A stretch of DNA of 64,000 bases from Convolutriloba macropyga. Lineage: Eukaryota. The translations under genes and the position numbers were made by a program. Within the stretch, counting starts at the first letter, position 1; every line of letters begins with the position of its first letter. Below the pieces are notes generated by a model. That model did no database searches, was not told the origin of the DNA, and saw only the letters and a list, made by a program, of their open reading frames with translations. Shown piece after piece: positions 40,012-53,227 of this stretch. Where the stretch lies: contig NC_134473.1 of NCBI RefSeq assembly GCF_964194025.1, forward strand, positions 63,054,001 through 63,118,000, written 5' to 3'.

Positions 40012-40944
40012 ATGGCCAAAGCAATTGGCGCTGCAGCCAAGCGCCTTACACAAGAGATTGCAGATTTACGCAAACAGAAAACTGCCGGTTTCATTGTTGA
40101 CGTAGACGAAAGCAATATTTTCAAATGGAATGTCCGAATTTTTGGCCCACCAGATACGTTGTACGAAGGTGGGTACTTCAAAGGTGTCATGGAATTTCCA
40201 GCTGACTACCCATTCTCGCCTCCCAAATTCAAGTTTATTACTAAAATGTGGCATCCAAACATTTATCATGACTCGGGTGAAGTCTGTATATCTATTTTGC
40301 ACTCTCCCGTTCCAGACCAGCAGAGTGGAGAGAAAGCTGAAGAAAGATGGCGACCAACACAAGAGGCTAGGACCATAATTTTAAGTGTCATTTCTCTGTT
40401 TTCATGTCCCAACACTTTTTCTCCGGCAAATGTGGATGCATCTGTGATGTATCGGAAATGGTGTAACAAAGAAGACGACAGGTATGTAAAGATCATTCGC
40501 AAGCAGGTTGAAAGCACAAAAAGGGACGCTGAATTAGATGGCATTAAAATTCCTTCCTCCGTTGAAGAGTATTTAAAGGAGGAGCGTAGCACAATGGTTA
40601 AAGAAGAGGAAATGGATTTCGACTTTGACGTAAACGACGACTATGACGACGACGATGACAACTACAGCGTCTACTCTGGTTCCGGTGCTTACAGTGACCA
40701 GTCTGATAACGTTAGCAGTGGACTGGCTGCAGCTGGGGAGGGGGACAACAGCATTGATGATGTGATGGCACCAGACTCAGGAAACGAGGAGGAGGGATCC
40801 ATCACTGGTACCCCCACAACAAAAACGGAAGCCACTTTCCCCTCGTCTCTTACACAACAGTCGTCTAACAGCAGTGCTTTCGCCACAACGTCAACCTCAG
40901 GCCAACCAGTGCCCGGTAGCTCCAGAAGTACCACGTACTTCTGA
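40012..40944 (+). CDS. CDC34: Ubiquitin-conjugating enzyme E2 R (CDC34), 310 aa, intronless CDS
   Basis: IFGPPDTLYEGGYFK, DYPFSPPKFKF.TKMWHPNIY, catalytic VCISILH, Cdc34-type loop SGE..EERW, PNTFSPANVDASVMYRKW, acidic tail. Confidence 0.97.
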   Translation: MAKAIGAAAKRLTQEIADLRKQKTAGFIVDVDESNIFKWNVRIFGPPDTLYEGGYFKGVMEFPADYPFSPPKFKFITKMWHPNIYHDSGEVCISILHSPVPDQQSGEKAEERWRPTQEARTIILSVISLFSCPNTFSPANVDASVMYRKWCNKEDDRYVKIIRKQVESTKRDAELDGIKIPSSVEEYLKEERSTMVKEEEMDFDFDVNDDYDDDDDNYSVYSGSGAYSDQSDNVSSGLAAAGEGDNSIDDVMAPDSGNEEEGSITGTPTTKTEATFPSSLTQQSSNSSAFATTSTSGQPVPGSSRSTTYF

Positions 40945-41391
40945 CCATAAATCGAACTTGATATGACGCATATTCTATAGAACTCGTCACATGAGTGCAT
41001 CGCATCAGTTGTTATGTAACAAGACCCTGCATTCAATTTCGCGATCTTTCCCGTTAGTCCCCCCATTTAGTGGATGGTCATTATTCAACCCCCTCCCAGC
41101 GTGCAAGTGCAATAGTTATACAATTGTTTACCGTGTATAAGCACGGGATTTATAAAGTATCGGAGGGCAAAAACGGAAAAGATCAATTTATTTTAGGCAT
41201 TTCATTACTTGAAACAGGCTGTATTTTTAACATTATGAACCCCGATTTTAGTTAGTACTCATTATGATTAGCACCCATTACTCAGGGGGTCAGTAATGGT
41301 AAATAGATAACAGTCGCTCTTCGATAAAGAAGAACAAATGTCGATCGTTTATCGGATGAGATCATTGTAGTTATTGGTTTAATTAGTTGTT

Positions 41392-44300
41392 CCTCTTCAC
41401 AGTACTTTTATCGCTTCGTACTAAGTTGCTATTAGATAACATCAAAGTAATCGAGATATCTATAAATTACCACTGATTGGTGACGAAAGCAGCAGGTCCT
41501 CTATTTATATCTGTCTACTATTGATCCTTATCAGTTAGATTTAAATTTAGCCTAATTTTGTTTAATCGGTTTTATATCCTGAGGTCTAATATTGTGTGCA
41601 ATAAATAATTCATTGACTGAAACCCAAAGATCATCCATGAAATCAAAAGAAATGGTTACGTGGTAATTAGAGCGTGGAAGAAGGATAATTTAAGCTGCGG
41701 GACTTTTGCTATATTTACAACCAGCAGTCTAATAAATCAGAATTTTTTTGTTGGTTTTAATTGCTCTCAAACGAAGTTTGAACCAATTATTTTATTTATG
41801 CAGATTTTTATGCGATTTGACCTACTACCGACCTTTCTACGATTTTTTTCGTCCTCAAAAACAGGATATATAGTAAGTTCTTTGAGGGCATTAGGTCGCT
41901 GAGCAGCTCTGCTAGTCACTGAGTGTACAATTTACCAAAGCGTCAGGAAAGAATGTATAAAGAGCGTTTCTTTGGAGATTTTGACCCCGCCTTGATTACC
42001 CCCGCCACATACTCCCGCTGCTGCCCGATGTCTGTCCTAGTTTTTCGTTCTATTTGACTTTTCGCCCTCAAAAACAGTATAAATAGTTAAGTCTCCGAGG
42101 GCATTAAGTTGCTGAGCAGCTATGCTAGTCATAAAGTCTACAATTCACCTAAGCTTCAGGAATGAAAAAATCATTTTATAAAGGGCGTTTTTTGGAGGTT
42201 TGGACACCACTTTGTTTACTCCACCCCAGACTCCCGCTGCTGACCTCATATCTGTCTCCTAGTTGTTTTAGGGCTTTCGAAGATAAGTAATTTTGTTAAT
42301 GGCATCAATCAAAAGCTTCGAAGTTTTTCTTAGAACTCTATTGAAAGTTAATATTTGAAAAGAAAGCCCATTTTAAAATTTTGTTCAAAATAAAACTGGA
42401 ATTTATTGTTCGTGGTTGTTACAGAACAACCAGCGGATAAATTTCGAAAATAAGTGTTTTGCGTAAAGCCAATTCCCAGTTTTCCAAAAAATTTTCTTTT
42501 CCAGAAATTGGAAAACCCGTTCCTGGAAAATCCAAAAATATTAAATGGTTCTCAGTACTCTTCACAGTACTTTTATCACTTCGTACTAAGTTGCTGTTAG
42601 ATAACATTAAAGTAATCGAGATATCTATAAATTATCACTGATTGCTGACGAAAGCAGCAGGTCCACTTTTTAGATCATTCTAATATTGATCCTTTTCAGT
42701 TAGTTTTAATTTAGCCTAATTTTAATTAATCGTCTTTATAATCTCGATGTCTAATATTGTTTGCCATAAATAATTCGTTGACAGAAACCCAAAGATCATC
42801 CTGGAAATCAAGAGAATTGGTTGCCCGATGATTAGAGCGTGGAAGAATGATAATTTGAACTGCGGTTTTTTTGCCATATTTACAACCAGATTTCTAATAA
42901 ATCAGAGTTTTTTGTTGTTAATTGCTTTCAAACGAATTTTGAAGCAATTATTTAAGTTATGCAGATGTTTTTGCGATTTGGCCTACTAGCGAATTTTTTC
43001 CTTCTATTTGACTTTTCGTCCTCGAATACAGGATAAATAGGTAAATCTCAGAGGGCATTAAGTCGCTTAGCTAGTCAGTAAGTGTACATATCACCTAAGC
43101 TTCCGGAAAGAGGTTATTATTGTATAAAGAGCGATTTTTTAGGGTTTTGGAGGCCACCTCAATTACCCTCGCGCCGGACTCCCGCATCACACAAAAGTTT
43201 CCTGAAGTTTTTTTAGAACTCTGTTCAAAGTTAATATGTTGAATAGAAAGCCAAATTTAAAATTATGTGCAAAACAAGACTGGAATCTTTTGTTCGTTGT
43301 TTTAGAAGAACAACCAGCGGATAACGCATAAAAAGTTGCGACATTCTCAAAATTAAGAAAACTAATATTTTACGTGAAGCCAATTCCCAGTTTTTCAAAA
43401 AATTTTCTTTTCGAGAAGTTGGGGAAACCCGTTCCTGGAAATCCAAAAATATTAAATGGTTCTGCTTAAGCTTTGTCTTCACAGTACTTTTATCACTTCG
43501 TACTAATATTAGATAACATTCGTACTAATAAATTGCTATTAGATAACATCCGAGTAATCGAGATATCTATGAATTACATCTGATAGTTGACGAAAGCAGC
43601 AGGTCCTCTATTTAAATCTGTCTACTATTGATCCTTTTCAGTTGGATTTAAGTTTAGCCTAATTTTGTTTAATCGTTTTTATATCCTGAGGTCTAATATT
43701 GTGTGCAATAAATAATTCATCGACAGAAACCCAAAGATCATACATGAAATCAAAAGAAATGGTTACGTGGTAATTAGAGCGTGGATTTAACTTGCGGTAC
43801 ATATGTCATAGTACCCGAAATCTAATAAATCAGAATTTTTTGTCCTTTTTAATTGCTCTCAAACGAAGTTTGAATTAATTATATAAGTTTTGCAGATTTT
43901 TATGCGATTTGGCCCACTACCGATTTTTTGCTTCTATTTGACTTTTTGTCCTCGAAAACAGGATAAATAGGCAAATCTCAGAGGGCATTAAGTCGCTGAG
44001 CAGCTATGCTAGTCATTAAATGCACATTACAGCTAAGCTTCAGGAAAGAAAAAATCATTGTATAAAGAGCGTTTTTTGGAGGTTTGGACCCCGCCTTAAT
44101 TATCCCCGCCCCAGCCTGCTGCTGCCCTCATGTCTATCTCCTAGTTTTTTCTAGGGTTTCCAGAGATAATTAATTTTGTTGACTGCATCACACAAAAGTT
44201 TCCTGAAGTCTTTCTTAGAACTCTGTTCAAAGTTAATATGCTGAATAGAACGCCAATTTTAAACTTAAGTGCAAAACGAAACTTGAATCTTTTGTTCGTT

Positions 44301-47300
44301 GTTTTAAGTTTAGGCTAATTTTGTTTAATCGTCTTTATGATCTTGAGGTCTTGTATTGTGTGCAATAAATAATTCATTGACAGAAACCCAAAGATCATCC
44401 AGGAAATCAAGAGAAATGGTTACCTGATAATAAGAGCCTGGAAGAAGGATAATTCGCGGTACTTTTGCTATATTTACAACCAGAAGTCTAATAAGTCAGA
44501 ATTTTCTGTTGTTTTTAATTGCTCTGAAACGAAGTTTGAAGCAATTATATTTATGCAGATTTTTATACGATTTGGCCTACTACCGACCTTTCTCCTTCTA
44601 TTTTTTTCGTCCTCAAAAACAGGATAAATAGTTAGTTTTCTGAGGGCATTAAGTCGCTGAGCAGCTCTGCTAGTCACTGATTGTACAATTTACCAAAGCT
44701 TCAGGAAAGAATGTATAAAGAGCGTTTCTTTGGAGATTTTGACCCCGCCTTGATTACCACCGCCCCAGCCTCCCGCTGCTGCCCGATGTCTCCGTCCTAG
44801 TTTTTCTAGGCTTTTTAAAGAGAGTTAATTTTGGGCGATTTGGCCTAGTACCGAATTTTTCGTTCTATTTGACTTTTCGCCCTCAAAAACAGTATAAATA
44901 GTTAAATCTCCGAGGGCATTAAGTTGCTGAGCAGCTATGCTAGTCATAAAGTCTGCAATTCACCTAAGCTTCAGGAATGAAAAAATCATTTTATAAAGGG
45001 CGGTTTTTGGAGGTTTGGACAGCATTTTGTTTACTGCACCCCAGACTCCCGCTGCTGACCTCATATCTGTCTCCTAGTTGTTTTAGGGTTTTCGAAGATA
45101 AGTAATTTTGTTAATGGCATCAATCAAAAGCTTCGAAGTTTTTCTTAGAACTCTATTGAAAGTTAATATTTGAAAAGAAAGCCCATTTTAAAATTTTGTT
45201 CAAAACAAAACTGGAATATATTGTTCGTGGTTGTTGCAGAACAACCAGCGGATAACACATAAAAATTCCGAAGTTTTCAAAATTTAGAAAATAAGTGTTT
45301 TGCGTAAAGCCAATTCCCAGTTTTCCAAAAAATTTTCTTTTCCAGAAATTGGAAAACCCGTTCCTGGAAAATCCAAAAATATTAAATGGTTCTCAGTATT
45401 CTTCACAGTACTTTTATCACTTCGTACTAAGTTGCTGTTAGATAACATTAAAGTAATCGAGATATCTATAAATTATCAGTGATTGGTGACGAAAGCAGCA
45501 GGTCCACATTTTAGATCATTCTATTATTGATCCTTTTCAGTTAGTTTTAATTTAGCCTAATTTTAATTAATCGTCTTTATAATCTCGATGTCTAATATTG
45601 TTTGCCATAAATAATTCGTTGACAGAAACCCAAAGATCATCCTGGAAATCAAGAGAATTGGTTGCCTGATGATTAGAGCATGGAAGAATGATAATTTAAA
45701 CTGCGGTATTTTTGCCATATTTACAACCAGAATTCTAATAAATCAGAGTTTTTTGTTGTTAATTGCTTTCAAACGAATTTTGAAGCAATTATTTTAGTTA
45801 TGCATATGTTTTTGCGATTTGGCCTACTAGCGAATTTTTTCCTTCTATTTGACTTTTCGTCCTCGAATACAGGATAAATAGGTAAATCTCAGAGGGCATT
45901 AGGTCGCTTAGCTAGTCAGTAAGTGTACAATTCACCTAAGCTTCCGGAAAGAGGTTATCATTGTATAAAGAGCAATTTTTTAGGGTTTTGGACGCCACCT
46001 CAATTACCCTCGCGCCGGACTCCCGCATCACACAAAAGTTTCCTGAAGTTTTTTTAGAACTCTGTTCAAAGTTAATATGTTGAATAGAAAGCCAAATTTA
46101 AAATTATGTGCAAAACAAGACTGGAATCTTTTGTTCGTTGTTTTAGAAGAACAACCAGCGGATAACGCATAAAAAGTTGCGACATTCTCAAAATTAAGAA
46201 AACTAATATTTTACGTGAAGCCAGTTCCGAGTTTTTCAAAAAATTTTCTTTTCGAGAAGTTGGGGAAACCCGTTCCTGGAAATCCAAAAATATTAAATGG
46301 TTCTGCTTAAGCTTTGTCTTCACAGTACTTTTATCACTTCGTACTAAGTTGCTATTAGATAACATCCAAGTAATCGAGATATCTATGAATTACATCTGAT
46401 TGTTGACGAAAGCAGCAGGTCCTCTATTTAAATCTGTCTACTATTGATCCTTTTCAGTTGGATTTAAGTTTAGCCTAATTTTGTTTAATCGTTTTTATAT
46501 CCTGAGGTCTAATATTGTGTGCAATAAATAATTCATTGACAGAAACCCAAAGATCATCCATGAAATCAAAAGAAATGGTTACGTGGTAATTAGAGCGTGG
46601 ATTTAACTTGCGGTACATATGTCATAGTACCCGAAATCTAATAAATCAGAATTTTTTGTCCTTTTTAATTGCTCTCAAACGAAGTTTGAATTAATTATAT
46701 AAGTTTTGCAGATTTTTATGCGATTTGGGCCACTACCGATGTTTTTCCTTCTTGACTTTTTGTCCTCGAAAACAGGAAAAATAGGCAAATCTCAGAGGGC
46801 ATTAAGTCGCTGAGCTGCTATGCTAGTCATTAAATGCACATTACAGCTAAGCTTCAGGAAAGAAAAAATCATTGTATAAAGAGCGTTTTTTGGAGGTTTG
46901 GACCCCGCCTTAATTATCCCCGCCCCAGCCTGCTGCTGCCCTCATGTCTATCTCCTAGTTTTTTCTAGGGTTTCCAGAGATAATTAATTTTGTTGACTGC
47001 ATCACACAAAAGTTTCCTGAAGTCTTTCTTAGAACTCTGTTCAAAGTTAATATGCTGAATAGAACGCCAATTTTAAACTTAAGTGCAAAACAAAACTGGA
47101 ATCTTTTGTTCGTTGTTTTAAATTTAGGCTAATTTTGTTTAATCGTCTTTATGATCTTGAGGTCTTTTATTGTGTGCAATAAATAATTCATTGACAGAAA
47201 CCCAAAGATCATCCAGGAAATCAAGAGAAATGGTTACCTGATAATAAGAGCGGGGAAGAAGGATAATTCGCGGTACTTTTGCTATATTTACAACCAGAAG

Positions 47301-50300
47301 TCTAATAAGTCAGAATTTTTTGTTGTTTTTAATTGCTCTCAAACGAAGTTTGAAGCAATTATATTTATGCAGATTTTTATACGATTTGGCCTACTACCGA
47401 CCTTTCTCCTATTTTTTTCGTCCTCAAAAACAGGATAAATAGTTAGTTTTCTGAGGGCATTAAGTCGCTGAGCAGCTCTGCTAGTCACTGAGTGTACAAT
47501 TTACCAAAGCTTCAGGAAAGAAAGAATGTATAAAGAGCGTTTCTTTGGAGATTTTGACCCCGCCTTGATTACCCCCGCCCCAGACTCCCGCTGCTGCCCG
47601 ATGTCTGTCGTAGTTTTTCTAGGCTTTTTAAAGAGAGTTAATTTTGGGCGATTTGGCCTAGTACCGACTTTTTCGTTCTATTTGACTTTTCGCCCTCAAA
47701 AACAGTATAAATAGTTAAAATCTCCGAGGGCATTAAGTTGCTGAGCAGCTATGCTAGTCATAAAGTGTACAATTCACCTAAGCTTCAGGAATAAAAAATC
47801 ATTGTTTAAAGAGCGTTTTTTGGAGGTTTGGACCCCGCCTTAATTATCCCCGCCCCAGCCTGCTGCTGCCCTAATGTCTGTCTCCTAGTTGCTTCTAGGG
47901 TTTCCAGAAATAATTAATTTTGTTGATGGCATCACACAAAATATTCCTGAAGTTTTTCTTAGAACTCTGTTCAAAGTTAATATGTTGAATAGAACGCCAA
48001 TTTTAAACTTATGTGCAAAACAAAACTGGAATCTTTTGTTCGCTGTTTTAAATTTAGGCTAATTTTGTTTAATCGTCTTTATGCTCTTGAGGTCTAGTAT
48101 TGTGTGCAATAAATAATTCATTGACAGAAACCCAAAGATCATCCAGGAAATCAAGAGAAATTTTTACCTGATAAAAAGAGCGGGGAAGAAGGTTAATTTG
48201 AGATACTTTTGCTATATTTACAACCAGAAGTCTAATAAATCAGAATTTTTTGTTGTTTTTAATTGCTCTCAAACGAAGTTTCAAGCAAATTTTTTATTTA
48301 TGCAGATTTTTATGCGATTTGGCCTATTACCGACCTTTCTCCTTCTATTTTTTTCGTCCTCAAAAACAGGTTAAATAGTTAGTTCTCTGAGGGCATTAAG
48401 TCGCTGAGCAGCTCTGCTAGTCACTGTGTGTACAATTTACCAAAGCTTCAGGAAAGAAAGAATGTATAAAGAGCGTTTCCTTGGAGATTTTGACCCGCCG
48501 TGATTACCCCGCAGCAGCATCCCGCGGCTGCCCGATGTCTCTTTCCTAGTTTTTCTAGGCTTTTTAAAGAGAGTTAATTTTGGGCGATTTGGCCTAGTAC
48601 CGACTTTTTCGTTCTATTTGACTTTTCGCCCTCAAAAACAGTAAATAGTCAAATCTCCGAGGGCATTAAGTTGCTGAGCAGCTATGCTAGTCATAAAGTG
48701 TACAATTCACCTAAGCTTCAGGAATAAAAAAATCATTGTATAAAGAGCGTTTTTTGGGGGTTTGGACCCCACTTTGTTTACCCCCGCCCCAGACTACCGC
48801 TGCTGCCCTCATATCTGTCTCCTAGTTGTTTTAGAGTTTTCGAAGATAACTAATTTTGTTAATGGCATCACACAACAGCTCCGAACCAGCGGATAACACA
48901 AAAATCCGAAGTTTTTAAAATTTAGAATATTAGTGTTTTTGCGTGCAGCCAATTCCCAGTTCTTCAAAAAAAATTTTCGAGAAATTGGGAAACCCGTTCC
49001 TGGAAAATCCAAAAATATTAAATGGTTCTGCGTGAGCATACTCTTCACAGTACTTTTATCACTTCGTACTAAGTTGCTGTTAGATAACATCAAAGTAATC
49101 GAGATATCTTTAAATTATCACTGATTGGTGACGAAAGCAGCAGGTCCTCTCTTTAGATGATTCTAATATTGATCCTTTTCAGTTAGTTTTAATTTAGCCT
49201 AATTTTGTTTAATCGTCTTTATAATCTCGATGTCTAATATTGTTTGCAATAAATAATTCGTTGACAGAAACCCAAAGATCATCCTGGAAATCAAGATAAT
49301 TGGTTGCCTGATGATTAGAGCGTGGAAGAATGATTTTTAAGCTGCGGCTTTTTGCCATTTTTACAACCAGAATTTCTAATAAATCAGAATTTTTTGTTGT
49401 TAATTGCTTTCAAACGAAGTTTGAAGCAATTATTTTAGTTATGCAGATGTTTTTGCGATTGGGCCGACTAGCGAATTTTTTTCTTCTATTTGACTTTTCG
49501 TCCTCGAAAACAGGATAAATAGGTAAATCTCAGAGGGCAATAAGTCGCTTAGCTTCACCTATGCTTCAGGAAAGAAATAATCATTGTACAAGGAGCGATT
49601 TTTTAGGGGTTTGGACCCCACCTTAATTGCCCCCGCCCCGGAATGCCGCTGCTGCCCTCATATCTGTCTACTAGTTTTTTCTAGGGTTTTCAAAGAGAAT
49701 TAATTTTGTTGATTGCATGACACAAAGTTTCCTGAAATTTTTCTTAGAACTCTAATCAAAGTTAATATCTTGAATAGAAAGCAAATTTTAAAATTATGTG
49801 CAAAATAAGACTGGAATCTTTTGTTCATTGTTTTAGCAGAACAACCAGCGGATAACGCATAAAAATTGCTACATTCTCAAAATTTATAAAACTAATGTTT
49901 TACGGAAAGCCAATTCCCAGTTTTTCAAAAAATTTTCTTTTCGAGATTGGGGAAACCCGTTCCTGGAAATCCAAAAATATTAAATGATTATGCTTAAGCT
50001 TTCTCTTCACAGTACTTTTATCACTTCGACCTCTATTTACATCTGTCTACTATTGATCCTTTTCAGTTAGATTTAAATTTTGGCAAATTTTGTTTAATCG
50101 TCTTTATGACCTTGAGATCTAGTATTGTGTGCAATAAAGAATTCCTTGACAGAAACCCAAAGATCATCCAGGAAATCAGGAGAAATGGTTACCTGATAAT
50201 TAGAGCGTGGAAGATGGTTAATTTGCGGTACTTTTGCTATATTTACAGCCAGAAGTCTAATGAATCAGAATTTTTTGTTGTTTTTAATTGCTCTCAAACG

Positions 50301-51082
50301 AAGTTTGAAGCAATTCTTTTATTTATGCAGATTTTTATGCGATTTGGCCTACTACCGACTTTTCTCCTTCTATTTTTTTCGTCCTCAAAAACAGGTTAAA
50401 TAGTTAGTTCTCTGAGGGCATTAAGTCGCTGAGCAGCTCTGCTAGTCACTGTGTGTACAATTTACCAAAGCTTCAGGAAAGAAAGAATGTATAAAGAGCG
50501 TTTCCTTGGAGATTTTGACCCCGCCTTGATTACACCGCACCAGCCTCCAGCTGCTGCCCGATGTCTCTGTCCTGGTTGTTCTAGTGTTTTTAAAGAGTTA
50601 ATTTTGTGCGATTTGGCCTAGTGCCGACTTTTTCGTTCTATTTGACTTTTCGCCCTCAAAAACAGTATAAATAGTTAAATCTCTGAGGGCATTAAATTGC
50701 TGAGCAGCTATGCTAGTCTTAAAGTATACAATTCACCTAAGCTTCAGGAAAGGAAAAATGTATTAAGAGCGTTCCTTTGAGTTTTCGAAGAAACCCGCCT
50801 TAATTAACCCCCGCCCCAGCCTCCCGCTGCTGCCCACATGTCTGTCTCCTAGTTTTTCAACAGCCAATTTTAATTTTATTTGCAAAAAAAAACTGGAATA
50901 TTTTGTTCGTTATTGTAGAACAAGCAGCGGATAACGCATAAAAAATTGCGAAATTTTCAAACTTAAGAAATTTAACGTTTTACGTAAAGCCATTTCCCAG
51001 GTTTAAAAAAAATATTTTCGAGAAAATGGGGAAACCCGTTCCTGGAAACTGGAAAAAATATTAAATGGTTCCGCTTAAACAC
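41392..51082. repeat. 9.7-kb complex satellite: 10 units of 0.65-1.25 kb with a ~2.8-kb higher-order period
   Basis: Marker gac(a/t)gaaacccaaagatcat at 41615, 42780, 43722, 44379, 45621, 46538, 47193, 48123, 49263, 50148. Confidence 0.95.
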
Positions 51083-51405
51083 ACTTTCTTTTCTGCTTAG
51101 CTCCAAGAAAATGAGCATTCCCTCCAATGAGTTTGATATGAACTAATAGCTGAACTGCTGATAAAAATTCTTTCAAAAAAATTGATTTAAGGGCCAAGGA
51201 ATTTTTCTTGCTCTGATGTTAAAAAAGATTGATTTGGGAGGTTATATTACATGCAATGAGTTCAGTGGAGGAAAGCAATTTCATGGTACTGGATGATAAG
51301 GACAAATTCGGGTTCTGATAGTCAGTGTTCGAAAGGACGAATAGAATTAATTGTCAGAAACTGATAGCCCCGTGCCCACAGTTTAACTATTTTCAGAGTT
51401 CCAAA

Positions 51406-51986
51406 ATGGATGATTTGATGGACGAGTTTGAATCAATGGATGTTTCAAATAAAGAAAATATGCACAGCGGAGGCGAAACGTATGCGGCCGTTGTTGGTTC
51501 TCTCAAACGTGGCTGCAGTGAAAATGTTGCTGCAGTTCCACGAGACTATAATCAAATTTTGCCAATAGTCGAATCAACCCCTACAAAAACCAGCAATCGT
51601 ATTGTAAATGTCAACTCCGCTCAAATTGTTGAAGTGCCCAATGACAGTTCGCTTATCAGTTCGTCTCAACAAACTGCGATTTATAATCTTATTTCAAAAC
51701 TTTTTGGCCTAAATATTAAGAGTGGTGGTGCCTCAAAGCAGTCGCTGGCTACAAACAAAGACACTGCTGATATGCCCAACAGAAGCTTGGGTTCCGCTAA
51801 TAGCATTAGTAGTTTCGACCTAATACACACCCATAGTATGTCTGCTGTTGATGTTGAAGAAACATTGCGCCTGCTACTTGACAAGTTACTGCAAATAATT
51901 GATATCCAGTTTTTGGAACAAACTTTGGAGTACATGAGTTTGAAAGACAGTGTTGAAAATTATCAGCATCTCTACACGTGTTCCGG
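51406..51986 (+). CDS. DEPDC7/DEPDC1-like protein, visible coding exon 1
   Basis: TTTTCAG acceptor ending at 51396, ATG at 51406, KEN box, VEETLRLLLDKLLQIIDIQFLE (compare DEPDC7 ..RLLQLVDLPLLD). GTTAGT donor, phase 2. Confidence 0.7.
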
Positions 51987-52721
51987 GTTAGTGGATTAAG
52001 TTAATAAAATAAATCTTTTTTTTCCTTAAAGAAAAATAGCTGTTTTTGGCCTCATTTAAACCTCATATCTTTTTCAATGCAAACATTTTAACTTCACATA
52101 TTCTTCAGATATTTCAATTCATATGATTCAAATCACGTGTCATTTGAAAGTATGTCATTTTTATAAACGGAACTGCTTTGCGGTCGAGGTTATTTTTCTC
52201 GTGCAGCTTTGGTTTCAAGACTTCGAATAGCTATGGTGATAGTTGAGTTTTTTCGATCGACACATAAGTAATAACTAGTTCTCAGAGAGCCGATTTAAAG
52301 CATTCGATTAATCAGAGGGCTGAGAAAGTGCAATGAAATATTTGTCAACTTTGTTTATTGTCTGAGCATTGTTACCTAATTTCAAAACAACTTAATATGT
52401 GTAATGATTGGTCGGAAAAGTTAGATGTTTTGTTTCAAAGGTGCGGTTTGTTTTCTCAAATCGATTGATTCAATTGTTGAATGTGGAGCTTGTGGCAAGT
52501 CTTGTGCTTTTCCATATATGTTCTACTGTATTTCCGAACATGTATATATTATGTTTGCTGTCAAGTTTGTTGTTTTAAATGTACCTCTTTTTTCGTAAAG
52601 TTTCACAACTTAATACAAATTTAAATGAGCTGACATAAACTCGATACTAAATTTTCAGTTTGTTCGATTGATTTCTGAGCGGTTTTCAACAGCTTGTCTG
52701 TAATCCGAGATTTTTACTAAC

Positions 52722-53040
52722 AAACCGACTAACGTCCGATGAATTGCTCTCGAACGACAGTTAGGGGCGATTTAATTTAGAGGGGTTGTAGCTAAGAAAT
52801 GTTTTATGGGTGCAAAAAATTGATGCCGCAGGGGTTCAAACCCCTGACCCCCCGTTGGCCGTCTGACAGCTTAACCACTTAGCTACAGTGTCTTTCATTT
52901 CCTTGCGCTCACAATCGAGTGAAAAGGTTGGTCAAGATGTCAGAGAACGTTTTAGAGCGAAAACGGTCAATCAAAAATTTTGCTTAAAAAAGACAGGTTA
53001 ACAATAATTGCTTCAAACTTCGTTCCAGAACAATTGATAA
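52722..53040 (-). mobile_element. Non-autonomous Helentron-like (DINE/HINE-type) element
   Basis: 5' ttgttctggaacgaagtttgaagcaatt; 3' cgttcgagagcaatt followed by the cggacgttagtcgg hairpin and Ts. Confidence 0.6.
52821..52892 (-). pseudogene. tRNA-derived sequence (pseudo-tRNA or SINE head)
   Basis: gacactgTAGCTAAGTGGttaagc...aggGGTTTGAACCCctgcggcatca: A box, B box, D- and T-arms. Acceptor and anticodon stems are mismatched. Confidence 0.6.
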
Positions 53041-53227
53041 GCTGTCTAGTTTGTTTTATCTTTTTATTCCTTTTTGAGTTTTAGCATAGAGTGGAGCAAA
53101 CAATGTCGTCGTCTTTAGTTCCGCTCGAACGAATATTGAGGCAACTTTTGTAGTCGGTTTGTATATTTTTTGCTGGACTTTTCGAGTGACCTTTTCACGG
53201 TTGACGACTTGAATTTTTTAAACATGA

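Noticed and set aside
41472-41500. Hammerhead-like ctgattggtgacgaaagcagcaggtc in satellite units (retrozyme-type satellite)
   Set aside because: The core is CUGAUUG rather than CUGANGA, and stems I-III do not pair.
41660-50399. Recurrent short ORFs within the satellite
   Set aside because: Frames are not conserved between units and no domains are recognisable.
41392-51082. CRISPR-like array
   Set aside because: Eukaryotic context; units are long and homologous throughout, with no unique spacers or cas genes.
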